Virus record (IMG/VR): IMGVR_UViG_3300029705_000041
Reading direction: 5' to 3' (one strand)
Source: a virus
Lineage: Duplodnaviria; Caudoviricetes
DNA length: 64,000 nucleotides
In this document: positions 39,077 through 49,380 of the stretch, piece after piece
Layout: every line of letters begins with the position of its first letter
Numbering within the stretch: position 1 is the stretch's first letter
The notes under the pieces: model-generated
Seen by the model: the letters and a program-made list of their open reading frames with translations, nothing else
The model's database searches: none
Told to the model about the DNA's origin: nothing
Translations under genes and position numbers: made by a program

Positions 39077-39796
39077 ATGGGCGAAAGAAATTTTAGTGAG
39101 TTTTTTGGAAATACACCTGTAGTTGTACAGCGTGAAAAATCTACAAATGGATTACTAGAACATTCGTTAAGAATGGGTAGTCTAGTTTGTGATGGTTGTG
39201 GTATAGAACCAAGACATCTCTATTTGAAATCATTAGCAAAGGCTTTGCCTTTTGAATTTACAACAGAAGTTCCTATTGATGCAAAAACATTTGTTGATAT
39301 TGATGGCGGAAGGATTATGGCGAAAATTTGCAAGAATGGTTTTGTATCGAAAACCGTTTCTGTTATGCCTGACATCGTAAATGTTCGTATCGGGGGTAAC
39401 GAAGTTAATAAAGTTGTATTTGTGGATTTTGCTGACAGAACAACGGAAAAAGCAGTTCTTAGCGAAGATGATACTTTTTCACTAGAGCAGGGAATTTCAA
39501 TTTGTATTACAAAGAAATTGCTCAACGATAAGTGTGGTGCCGGCAGTTCAATGTATAATAAAATTATCCAGAGAGCTTTAAAGGTATTTGACACAAAGGA
39601 AAAGAAAGAAATTGCTAAAGCTACAGAAAAAGAAAACGAAGAAAAGAAATTTGCAAAAATCAAAGCAAAGAAAGAAGCAAGAAGAATTAAGCGTGAAGAA
39701 GCTGAACGTGAGCGCCAGATTGAGATTCAAAAGGAAGCTTATCTAAGAGCTATGCGTGAGTACAATAATGGTACAGAAACCGAGCAGAATAAATAA
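39077..39796 (+). CDS. hypothetical protein with C-terminal coiled coil (start likely ATG 39077)
   Basis: GGAGG RBS before 39077; the longer called ORF overlaps a tRNA. Confidence 0.65.
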   Translation: MGERNFSEFFGNTPVVVQREKSTNGLLEHSLRMGSLVCDGCGIEPRHLYLKSLAKALPFEFTTEVPIDAKTFVDIDGGRIMAKICKNGFVSKTVSVMPDIVNVRIGGNEVNKVVFVDFADRTTEKAVLSEDDTFSLEQGISICITKKLLNDKCGAGSSMYNKIIQRALKVFDTKEKKEIAKATEKENEEKKFAKIKAKKEARRIKREEAERERQIEIQKEAYLRAMREYNNGTETEQNK

Positions 39797-39810
39797 TTAA
39801 CGCTAATTAC

Positions 39811-39841
39811 AGGGAGTAGGTGCATTTATCTGCTCCCTTTA
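39811..39841 (+). terminator. intrinsic terminator
   Basis: AGGGAGTAGGT...ATCTGCTCCCT hairpin plus T tract. Confidence 0.65.
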
Positions 39842-40067
39842 ATGTTTTTTGGAGGTTTTATGAAAATAATTAAAAACGGAGATATGCAGAAATTAAAAAT
39901 GACAAAGCATTTTTCTTGTAAAAAATGCGGTTGTGTTTTTGAAGCGGACAAAGATGAGTATAAAAGTGGTTCTCAATATAATGAAACTTATTATTTTTGT
40001 AAATGTCCATTTTGTTCCGAAACGGTGTATGTGAATAATTAAATACAATAATAAGAAGGTGAAGTAA

Positions 40068-40640
40068 ATGAGAATTGCTTTAACAGGTCATAGACCACAG
40101 AGATTATTCGGCGAAGATTTAGACAATGAAAAATGGCAAGCAATAAAACGCTGGATTCAAAAAAAATTATTGGAAAATCATTGCACAGTTGCTTACTCCG
40201 GTATGGCATCGGGTAGTGATATGTTGTTTGCACTGGCAGTTAAAGAATTAAAAGAAAAAGGAAATAATATAAACCTAAAATTAGTATTTCCTTGCAAAAA
40301 TTATGGAAGCAAATCCAAAGATAAAAAGTATTTGCAGTGGCGTAGAGAAATTATAAAAGCAGCAGACGAAGAAATATACATACATGAAGAATGGTGTAAA
40401 ACAGCAGATGATGATAGAGATAAGTATATGGTAAAACATTGCAATGCTCTTATAGCTATTTTCGATGGAAATAATGTTGGTGGAGTATATAACACCATAC
40501 AATATGCTAAAAAAGATAATAAATCTATAATTTATTGTCCGGATAAACTAGTCAAGAAAAGAAATGAAATAAAGGTCTTGGTATTCAATAATTATGGTGC
40601 TAATGTAGTACCTTCAGCACTAAAAAAAAGTTATGGATAA
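40068..40640 (+). CDS. SLOG family (YspA/DUF1273-like) protein
   Basis: ALTGHRP, SGMASGSD, RDKYMV, AIFDG..GG.YNTI.YA. Confidence 0.85.
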   Translation: MRIALTGHRPQRLFGEDLDNEKWQAIKRWIQKKLLENHCTVAYSGMASGSDMLFALAVKELKEKGNNINLKLVFPCKNYGSKSKDKKYLQWRREIIKAADEEIYIHEEWCKTADDDRDKYMVKHCNALIAIFDGNNVGGVYNTIQYAKKDNKSIIYCPDKLVKKRNEIKVLVFNNYGANVVPSALKKSYG

Positions 40641-40897
40641 GAATGCATTTCCTAAAAACAGAATTGGAAAAGTTATCGAATATATAGAAAGTAATTACAA
40701 GCCAATATCAAATGAAGATGGTATAGTACAATATAATGTGAAAACCAATAAAGAGCAAAGTTATTTTTGTATAAAAACAGTTGATATTTCAAGACCTTGG
40801 AAAATCGAAGAATATGATGGTGCGGAATATATTCAATATTTAGACATTGTAACAATAGATAAAGAATTGAATTATTGTAATTATAAGGAGTAAAACT

Positions 40898-41659
40898 ATG
40901 ATTTATATAACAGGAGATTGTCATGCAGATTGGAGAAAATTTTCTACTGAATCTTTTCCGGAACAAAAAGATATGACAAGAGATGATTTTGTAATTGTAT
41001 GTGGAGATTTTGGCTTATGGCATGATAATTCAACAGAACAATGGTGGTTTAAATGGTTTGAAGAAAAGAACTTTACACTGTTATTTGTTGATGGAAACCA
41101 CGAAAATTTTGACAGGCTTTATGGCGATGAGTTTGAAGTTGTTGACTTTCATGGTGGCAAAGCTCATAAAATTCGAGAAAATATTTACCATTTAATGAGG
41201 GGTTATATATTTGAGTTAGAGGGTAAGAAATTTTTTGCTTTTGGTGGAGCAAGCAGCCATGATATTAATGATGGTATTTTAAACCTTGAAGATTACAATA
41301 ATGAAAAAGAATTAATTAAAACATATAACAGGCTTACCAGAGCCGGTAAGTTAATAAGAATCAATCATTTATCATGGTGGCAAGAAGAAATGCCAAGTAA
41401 TGATGAAATGGAATTGGGGAAACAGAATCTTGCTGATAATGGCAATAAAGTGGATTATATTATTAGTCATTGTTGCCCTCAAACGGTAGCAGCATTACTA
41501 TCTAGAGGATATTATAAAGCTGATAAACTCACAGATTATTTTAATGAGATAAAAGAAAATACTTCATTTAATAAATGGTTTTTCGGTCATTATCACGATG
41601 ACACACAAATACTTGAAAACTTTATTCTTCTATATCATCAGATTATAAGAATTATTTAA
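40898..41659 (+). CDS. calcineurin-like metallophosphoesterase
   Basis: GDCH, CGDFG, DGNHEN, GHYH. Confidence 0.88.
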   Translation: MIYITGDCHADWRKFSTESFPEQKDMTRDDFVIVCGDFGLWHDNSTEQWWFKWFEEKNFTLLFVDGNHENFDRLYGDEFEVVDFHGGKAHKIRENIYHLMRGYIFELEGKKFFAFGGASSHDINDGILNLEDYNNEKELIKTYNRLTRAGKLIRINHLSWWQEEMPSNDEMELGKQNLADNGNKVDYIISHCCPQTVAALLSRGYYKADKLTDYFNEIKENTSFNKWFFGHYHDDTQILENFILLYHQIIRII

Positions 41660-41985
41660 AATATATTTAAGTTGGAGGTAAAAATAATGGATGCTAAAGC
41701 AGAAAATAAAATTGAAGAAGCTTTAAAAGAGCAATTACATAAATCATATTTAAGAGGACTTGCGGTTGGTGGAAAAAGTTTTATCGGAGTTATATATGAC
41801 ATTATTGTAAAAGATAAAAAACAGAGGATTAATCCTGCGAAAACACTTATGAAAATCGAAAGTTCATGTAAAAGAATGTTAGATGTTTCAGACAATTATG
41901 ACAAGAACACTTTAACAGAAAATATAATCGAAGCTGTAGAACGAGAAAAAAGTAAATACGAAGGAGATAAGCAAGGAGAATAATT

Positions 41986-42582
41986 ATGGGAAAAATGTTT
42001 TTTATTTCTGATTTGCATTTTGGTCATAAAAATTGCCTGGCTTTTGACAACAGACCTTTTAAGGATATTGAAGAACATGACTCAATGCTTATAAGGATGT
42101 GGAATAATGTTGTAGGAATAGACGATGATGTATGGATTTTAGGAGATATTAGCTGGCATAATGCAACTAAAACAATTGAAATTTTTAAACAGCTTAACGG
42201 AATAAAGCATTTGTGCAGAGGAAATCATGATTCTAAGTTGTTGAGAAATAAGCAAGTACAAGAGCTATTTGTTGAAATATGTGATTACAAAGAAATTCAG
42301 TTAGATAACAAGTATGGAATTGTTTTAAGTCATTATCCAATACCTTGTTATAATCATCATTATTATGGTTGGTATCATTTATACGGTCATGTACATACAA
42401 GTTTTGAATGGAATATGATGGAAAGAAACCAATATGAAATGATTGCTTTGTATGATAAAGAAAGCCATATGTATAATGTTGGCTGCATGGTTCCATATAT
42501 GGGTTTTACCCCCAAGACTCTTGAAGGAATTGTAGAAAGTTATACGAAATATAAAGAGAGAATTGGAGAAAATATGAAATGA
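41986..42582 (+). CDS. calcineurin-like metallophosphoesterase
   Basis: SDLHFGH, LGD, GNHD, HYP, HLYGHVH. Confidence 0.88.
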   Translation: MGKMFFISDLHFGHKNCLAFDNRPFKDIEEHDSMLIRMWNNVVGIDDDVWILGDISWHNATKTIEIFKQLNGIKHLCRGNHDSKLLRNKQVQELFVEICDYKEIQLDNKYGIVLSHYPIPCYNHHYYGWYHLYGHVHTSFEWNMMERNQYEMIALYDKESHMYNVGCMVPYMGFTPKTLEGIVESYTKYKERIGENMK

Positions 42583-43220
42583 ACGAAAAAGAATACATAG
42601 AAAAAAGTGAACTAATTGAGAATCTTAATATTTTTGCTCCGGAACATTACACTAATTTAATCAATCAGCTTATCGTAAAACATCCTGCGGCAGAAGTCAG
42701 AGAAGTAAAACATGGATATTGGCTTTTGCTTGACGAATGTTCAAATGAGGGAGTATATTGCTCTGTTTGTAGTAAGAAAGTATATAAGAAAGAATATGCG
42801 AATCAAAAAATCAAATCAAAATACTGCCCGAATTGTGGAGCAATAATGGATTTAGTAAAAGACAATTCTACCGAAAATGCAAGATTGAGTGCTTTAATTG
42901 CGGATTATGAAGTAAAATCCGAAAGTTTACCATTTTATATAGGAAGCCTTTCAGAATATTTATTAAGTAATGGAGCAATATTACCACCTGTAGTTATTGG
43001 TCAAAAAGTTTATACCATATTAGGTCAGAAAAAACATCCTAAAGAATGGGAAGTTATAGGTGTTTGGCATAGCAAAGATGTAGAACATTCTTCGTTTCAT
43101 GTTTGCTGGTATAAAGATAAAAATAACTTCGCAACAGCAGCCTTTAATTATAATGATATTGGCAAGATTGTATTTTTATCAGAAGCAGAAGCGATGCAAA
43201 AATTTTCTCATAAGGTTTAA
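42579..43220 (+). CDS. hypothetical protein with Zn ribbon
   Basis: CSVC...YCPNCGAIMD. Confidence 0.6.
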   Translation: MNEKEYIEKSELIENLNIFAPEHYTNLINQLIVKHPAAEVREVKHGYWLLLDECSNEGVYCSVCSKKVYKKEYANQKIKSKYCPNCGAIMDLVKDNSTENARLSALIADYEVKSESLPFYIGSLSEYLLSNGAILPPVVIGQKVYTILGQKKHPKEWEVIGVWHSKDVEHSSFHVCWYKDKNNFATAAFNYNDIGKIVFLSEAEAMQKFSHKV

Positions 43221-43233
43221 GGAGAATTTATTT

Positions 43234-43599
43234 ATGACATATAATGATACTATAAGTTGGATTGATGTAAATGAGAGCTTACCTAAAGTTGAAGAACGTG
43301 TCTTAGTTTTGATTTGCAGACATAGCAATTATACTAATAAAGATTATAAGATAGTTACTTGCGCAATATATGAAGATGGAACTACAGACATAGAAAATAG
43401 TTGTTGGGATTGTGATTCTGATTCGGCTAATTATGATAAAGAAACTGATACGTGCTATATCCCAAAGGGATGGTATGAGTTTCATGAGTATGGAGATACA
43501 GAAAATGATGGTATAGGATTTATTTCTCAATCTGAAGGTAATATTACTGATACAGTCACACATTGGATGTCTTTATCGAAGTTTGTAAAGGAAGTTTGA
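43234..43599 (+). CDS. DUF551-like protein (start likely ATG 43234)
   Basis: WIDVNESLP...VTHWM. Confidence 0.6.
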   Translation: MTYNDTISWIDVNESLPKVEERVLVLICRHSNYTNKDYKIVTCAIYEDGTTDIENSCWDCDSDSANYDKETDTCYIPKGWYEFHEYGDTENDGIGFISQSEGNITDTVTHWMSLSKFVKEV

Positions 43600-43608
43600 G
43601 ATAATATT

Positions 43609-43989
43609 ATGATATATACAAGTTATTATGCAAAAATTAAAAAACTACCAGAGGATGTTATTCCGGTATCAATTGCTGGCAAAGCACCAAAAGGATTCAA
43701 GGGAATCCAATATAAAAAATTAGCACCTAAATATTCGTTTTTCTCTGTTTGGAAAGAAAATCATGACAATGAATATTATATTAAACATTTTAATGAGGAA
43801 GTATTAGCAACTCTTGATGTAAAACAAGTTATTAGTGATTTAGAAAGTTTTAAAAAAGATGAAAATTCTAAAATTGCATTGATATGTTATGAAAAATCAG
43901 AGGACTTCTGCCACAGGCATTTAGTAGCATATTGGTTAAAATGTAACGGATATGAGTGTGAGGAATATAAGGAGGATATACATGGATGA
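43609..43989 (+). CDS. DUF488-like protein
   Basis: IYTSYY, LAP, ALICYEK..FCHRHL. Confidence 0.7.
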   Translation: MIYTSYYAKIKKLPEDVIPVSIAGKAPKGFKGIQYKKLAPKYSFFSVWKENHDNEYYIKHFNEEVLATLDVKQVISDLESFKKDENSKIALICYEKSEDFCHRHLVAYWLKCNGYECEEYKEDIHG

Positions 43990-46051
43990 GATATTAGAAC
44001 TTGTCAAATTATTAAATACATACAGAGATTCTTATTATAATGATAATATAAGTTTGGTAAGCGATAAGGAATACGATTTGTTATTTGATAAACTTGTCGC
44101 TTTAGAAAAAACAACCGGAATTGTGTTTGCAAACTCTCCAACTGCGACAGTAGGATATACAGTAGTAAGTAAGCTAAAAAAAGTTAAACATAACCATCCG
44201 CTTTTATCATTAAACAAAACAACGGAAATTGATGAATTTTCAAAATATTTTGAAGGAAAGAAAACTGTGGTTATGGCAAAAATGGACGGTCTTACTTGTT
44301 CATTGACGTATAAAAATGGAGAACTTGTTTTAGCAGAAAGTCGTGGAGATGGACACACCGGAGAAGATATTACACATAATGCATTAACATTTGTTAATAT
44401 TCCAAAGAAAATTCCGTATAATGGAGAATTGGTTATTGATGGAGAATGTATCATTGATTATGAAACTTTTGATAAAATAAACACTCCACTTATTGAAAAA
44501 GCGACTAAAGAAGCTGAAAGTTTAGGATTAAAAGGAAAAGAATTTAATGAATACATAAGAAAACATTCTTACGCCAATCCTCGTAATTTGGCAAGCGGCT
44601 CGGTACGTCAATTAGACAGTAATGTTGCAGCAACAAGAGAACTAAAGTTTATTGCATGGAAGTTGCATGAGTCAAAAGATGTTAATGGAGAACAAACAAG
44701 CTATAGTAATTTTTATACTGTTGGTTTTAGACTTCTTCATGATTTAGGGTTTGAAATTGTTCCTCATGTTGTTATAAATGCTGAAAATGTAACTTCAAAA
44801 TTTATAGAAGAAAATATTGAGAGTATCAGAAACGAATGTAAAAAAGTTAAATACCCAATTGACGGAGCGGTTGGAACATTTGACGATGTGGATTATGGGT
44901 TAAGTTTAGGTGCCACAGGACATCATCCCAAACACTCATATGCTTTTAAGTTTTATCAAGAAAACACAGAAACTATTCTGGAGGATATTGAATGGAGTAC
45001 AAGTAGAACAGGGTTAGTCAATCCTGTGGCTATAGTAGAACCTGTAGAAATTGATGGCACAATTGTAAGCAGAGCAACTTTGAGTAATGTAAGTATTATA
45101 AAAGATTTACAGCTCGGAATTGGCGATAAAGTTACAATGATTAAAGCAAACCAAATCATTCCTAAAATCACAAATAATCTAACTCGTAGTGATACATATA
45201 TTATTCCAACAGAATGCCCTTGTTGCAAGAGTACGCTTATTACTAAGAATGATAATGGTAGAGAAATGCTATATTGTACAAACAATAATTGTTTGGATAG
45301 AAAACATGATAAAATATCTAATTTTGCTTGTAGAGATGGTATGAATATAGTTGGTATATCAGATGAAAGATTGAAAACATTAATGAAATTAGGATTCATA
45401 ACTGATTTTGAGAGTTTATACTTCTTAGAACGACATCGTACAGAAATTGAAAAAATAGATGGTTTTGGAAAAACAAGTGTAGATAATTTACTGAAGGCAA
45501 TTAATGAAAGTAAAAATTGTAAATTTGTCAATGTTTTAGTTGCTATTGGTATTCCAGGCATAGGGAAGTCAAGTGCTAAATCACTTGCGAAATACTGTGC
45601 TTTTGTAGAATCAAATACAACAGCTGATAAAAAGATACTTGGAACATTTATTGAAATGGCAAAAAATAATTTCGATTGGACAGAACTTGAAGATGTTGGT
45701 GAAGTAACAAGCAATGGAATTAACCAGTATGTCAAACAAAATGTAGACGAATTATCAGCACTAATTCCAATTTTGAATATTATTGATGATACTACAACGG
45801 TTGCGGCAGAAAATATTTTTGGTGGTAAAACATTTTGTATTACCGGAAAACTTATTCATTTTTCTAATAGAGAAGCATTAGTTGAAGAAATTGAAAAATA
45901 TGGTGGAAAAGTGGTTTCAAGTGTTACTGCAAAAACAAATTATTTAATTACAAATGATAAAGAATCAGGAAGTAGTAAAAATAAAAAGGCGGAACAATAT
46001 GGAACATTAATAATTTCAGAAGAAGAATTCATACAATTATGTAAGAAATAA
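43982..46051 (+). CDS. ligA: NAD+-dependent DNA ligase (start likely ATG 43982)
   Basis: KMDG adenylation motif, SRGDG.GEDIT, NPRNLASG, Zn finger, HhH, BRCT C-terminus. Confidence 0.95.
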   Translation: MDEILELVKLLNTYRDSYYNDNISLVSDKEYDLLFDKLVALEKTTGIVFANSPTATVGYTVVSKLKKVKHNHPLLSLNKTTEIDEFSKYFEGKKTVVMAKMDGLTCSLTYKNGELVLAESRGDGHTGEDITHNALTFVNIPKKIPYNGELVIDGECIIDYETFDKINTPLIEKATKEAESLGLKGKEFNEYIRKHSYANPRNLASGSVRQLDSNVAATRELKFIAWKLHESKDVNGEQTSYSNFYTVGFRLLHDLGFEIVPHVVINAENVTSKFIEENIESIRNECKKVKYPIDGAVGTFDDVDYGLSLGATGHHPKHSYAFKFYQENTETILEDIEWSTSRTGLVNPVAIVEPVEIDGTIVSRATLSNVSIIKDLQLGIGDKVTMIKANQIIPKITNNLTRSDTYIIPTECPCCKSTLITKNDNGREMLYCTNNNCLDRKHDKISNFACRDGMNIVGISDERLKTLMKLGFITDFESLYFLERHRTEIEKIDGFGKTSVDNLLKAINESKNCKFVNVLVAIGIPGIGKSSAKSLAKYCAFVESNTTADKKILGTFIEMAKNNFDWTELEDVGEVTSNGINQYVKQNVDELSALIPILNIIDDTTTVAAENIFGGKTFCITGKLIHFSNREALVEEIEKYGGKVVSSVTAKTNYLITNDKESGSSKNKKAEQYGTLIISEEEFIQLCKK

Positions 46052-46060
46052 AAAAATATT

Positions 46061-46110
46061 AAAAATAATTCAGAAAAAGTATTGACATAAAAACAAAAGT
46101 ATGATATAAT
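46061..46110 (+). promoter_or_regulatory. repeated-family promoter
   Basis: TTGACA(46082)-17bp-TATAAT(46105). Confidence 0.85.
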
Positions 46111-46316
46111 GTGTAATGAAAGATAAAGAAGTGAGCTTTAAGAAATATCTTTTTTATCTTTCAAATTACACATATAATCCTCCTAATTAGATGTTTTTCA
46201 TAAAAATAAACGTGAAAGTGTTTGTGTAATGAAAATATAAAGTGCCTATTTAGGAGAGTTAGTGAGTACATAAAAAAGATATTTTATCAACAGAAAAAGG
46301 TATTACGGTATTAAGC

Positions 46317-47201
46317 TTGTTTGATGGAATATCATGTGGTAGACTTGCATTAGAAAGAGCCGGAATTAAAGTTGCTAAATATTATGCAAGCGAAATTAAG
46401 AAAAGTGCTATAGAATTAACGCAACAACATTTCCCTGATACAATTCAAATAGGAGATGTAACAAAAGTAAATTATCAAAATGGAATCTTAAATACAGAGA
46501 ATGGTTCATTCAACATAGGAAAAGTCGATTTGCTAATTGGTGGAAGTCCTTGTCAGAATTTTAGTTTGGCAAGAGCTACAGACCGATTGAAAATAGATGG
46601 ACTTGAAGGAGATAAATCTAAGTTGTTCTATGAATATTTAAGATTGAAGAATGAAATTAATCCAACTTATTTCTTGTTAGAAAATGTTAAGATGAAACAA
46701 GAATCAGAAAATGACTTAAATACCTATATGGGAGTCAAAGGATTACATATTAATTCGTCTTTGGTAAGTTTTCAGAATAGACCTAGAATATATTGGTCAA
46801 ACATACCAGGTATCATGATTCCGGAAGATAAAAAAATAAGTTTCCAAGATTATAAAGATACAGATTTTGATTATTGTAAGCAGTTTAAATTACCTGATAC
46901 ACCATCAAGAAGAAAATATTGGAGAGATGGAAAAGGCAATAACAGTGCAACAGGCGGTTGTGCTAATGTTACATATGCAGATAAAATAAAAACCATTACA
47001 AGAAAACAAGATAGGTCTCCGAACAGTGGGCTTATAGAGTTTGATGGATTCTGTAGATTTTTAACACGTAGAGAAATCGAATTAGCACAAACTTTGCCAA
47101 TTGGATATACTGATACGTTGAGCTATAACCAGATGCAAGATGTATGTGGAGATGGCTGGACAGTAGATATTATTGCACATATATTCAGTTTCTTAAAATA
47201 A
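46317..47201 (+). CDS. C5-cytosine DNA methyltransferase
   Basis: (VLSL)FDGI, GGSPCQ, LLENV, QNRPR, GDGW; true start unclear. Confidence 0.88.
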   Translation: MFDGISCGRLALERAGIKVAKYYASEIKKSAIELTQQHFPDTIQIGDVTKVNYQNGILNTENGSFNIGKVDLLIGGSPCQNFSLARATDRLKIDGLEGDKSKLFYEYLRLKNEINPTYFLLENVKMKQESENDLNTYMGVKGLHINSSLVSFQNRPRIYWSNIPGIMIPEDKKISFQDYKDTDFDYCKQFKLPDTPSRRKYWRDGKGNNSATGGCANVTYADKIKTITRKQDRSPNSGLIEFDGFCRFLTRREIELAQTLPIGYTDTLSYNQMQDVCGDGWTVDIIAHIFSFLK

Positions 47202-47670
47202 GACAGAAAAAGTAAAAAAGGTGATTATCAATGAGCATATGTAGAACTTGTGAAAATGTCGGAGTTACACAACCATATGGAATCATGTACTGCAATGCAA
47301 AACCAGAATGGCACTGCCACTGTTTTTGTGGATATTCAACTGCTAAAGGAAATATATTCTGTGGAGATGTATATGATTGTTCAAATTATAAAAAAGTTTC
47401 AACAGATATTGCCGAAAGGATAAAAAAGCATGAATGAATTTTTAGGAATAGATATTTCAACATTACCCGAAAAAGATGTGGAAGTATTAATTGACATTGT
47501 TCCAAAAGTTAAATGTAAAAATAAATTATTGCAAAAGATTTTCACTAAATTATTTGGATATAAACCAATATATGAAATCCGTAAAGCAAAGGTTTTAGAA
47601 ATGAAATCAGAAGATTGTAAATTTAAAACAGGAAATATAACAATAGACATGAAAAATGGAGAGGTAATTA

Positions 47671-49068
47671 ATGAAGGAATATGATGTAGTTATTATAGGT
47701 GGCGGTATTAGCGGTTTAATGGCTGCCTATGAATTACGAAGAAATAACAACGATATAAACATTGCTATCGTTGATAAGGGAAAATCTTTAGAAAAACGTG
47801 TATGTCCTGCATCTGGCAAGAAATCATGTGTAAAATGTGATTTATGTTCTATCACAAGTGGATTTGCAGGAGCTGGCGCTTTTTCGGATGGAAAGTTTAA
47901 TTTAGGCACAGCATATGGTGGAACATTGGGAGAAGAACTCGGCGAAGATTTGGCAATAAGCTATATCAACAGAGTTAATGATATTCTTGACATATTTACT
48001 CCGGAAGATGTTGAAATAAATACATATGGAACAGATGAAAAATTAAAATATAAATGTTTGCAAAACAATTTGCAATTGTTAGATATGAATGTCAAGCATC
48101 TTGGAACCGACAATAATTTTATTATAATGATAAATTTAATATATTGGCTTGATAATCATTACATTGATATGATTTCTGAATGTGAAATTAATGATATTGT
48201 TACTGATGATAGTCAGAAATATAAGTATATATTATCTGCTACAAATGAAGAAATGTTTTCTTGTAATCATGTAATTATTGCCACCGGCAGAAATGGTGCA
48301 GAATTCGTAGAGAAGATTTGTAATAAATTTGAGGTACCAATGACATCTAATGCAGTGGATATTGGAGTCAGAGTTGAGATGAAAGATGCGATTTGGAAAG
48401 AGTTTTCTTCAAGAATATATGAACCTAAAATTTTATATCGAACTAAAACTTTTGAAGATAATTGTAGAATGTTTTGTTTTAATCAAGGTGGAAAGGTTAG
48501 TGCCGAAAATAATGAAGGTATAATTACTGCAAATGGACATTCTTTTGCAGATGCAGATAAGAAAACAGATAATTGTAATTTTGCAATTCTTTCATCAATT
48601 AAGTTTACTGAACCGTTTGATAAACCAACTCAATATGCTAAAAGCTATAGTCAGATGGCAAATATAATTGGTGATGGAAATGTTATCGTTCAGCGATTCG
48701 GAGATTTAATCAGAGGCAGAAGAACTAATGATAAAAGATTAGAGCAAAATACTGTCCACCCAACACTCAAAGCTACTGCTGGAGATTTATCGTTAGTATT
48801 ACCATATAGAATTCTTAACAACATTATTGAGACAATATATGCTTTAGATAAAGTGGCTCCAGGAACAGCGAATGATGATACATTACTTTATGGATGTGAA
48901 GCAAAATATTACTCAACCAAACCAAAACATAACGGAGATTTTATGATTGAAGAAAATATCTATCTTATTGGTGATGGTTCAGGAATTTGCAGAGGATTAA
49001 GTCAGTCTGGAGCAATGGGAATATATGTTGCTAAAAAAATTGGAGGATATTATGAAAAAGATATGTAA
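47671..49068 (+). CDS. FAD-dependent oxidoreductase
   Basis: IIGGGISG Rossmann motif, GAGAFSDGK, ATGR, GDGSG..RG. Confidence 0.85.
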   Translation: MKEYDVVIIGGGISGLMAAYELRRNNNDINIAIVDKGKSLEKRVCPASGKKSCVKCDLCSITSGFAGAGAFSDGKFNLGTAYGGTLGEELGEDLAISYINRVNDILDIFTPEDVEINTYGTDEKLKYKCLQNNLQLLDMNVKHLGTDNNFIIMINLIYWLDNHYIDMISECEINDIVTDDSQKYKYILSATNEEMFSCNHVIIATGRNGAEFVEKICNKFEVPMTSNAVDIGVRVEMKDAIWKEFSSRIYEPKILYRTKTFEDNCRMFCFNQGGKVSAENNEGIITANGHSFADADKKTDNCNFAILSSIKFTEPFDKPTQYAKSYSQMANIIGDGNVIVQRFGDLIRGRRTNDKRLEQNTVHPTLKATAGDLSLVLPYRILNNIIETIYALDKVAPGTANDDTLLYGCEAKYYSTKPKHNGDFMIEENIYLIGDGSGICRGLSQSGAMGIYVAKKIGGYYEKDM

Positions 49069-49366
49069 TATAAGTTTGATTTTAATTTGTATCATTTTAA
49101 TCTTGACCGGATGTGGAAATAAGAGTGTAGAAGTTAATGTAGCTGGTAGTGAAAATAATAAAATTACGTTGAGCAGTAACAATTTAGTAAGTATTGTTTC
49201 ACGAAAATTATATTATGATACTAAAACAAATATTGTATATTGGTGGAATGGAGTTTTAACTAACACGGATGCATCGACAACTCCTACTCCGTATTATGCA
49301 CCAAATGGATTGCCGTATAAATATAATCCTAATACTAATACATTAGTAGAAATTGCAGCGGAATAA
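49025..49366 (+). CDS. lipoprotein
   Basis: MKK..LILTGC lipobox. Confidence 0.7.
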   Translation: MLLKKLEDIMKKICNISLILICIILILTGCGNKSVEVNVAGSENNKITLSSNNLVSIVSRKLYYDTKTNIVYWWNGVLTNTDASTTPTPYYAPNGLPYKYNPNTNTLVEIAAE

Positions 49367-49380
49367 AAGGAGTAATTTAG

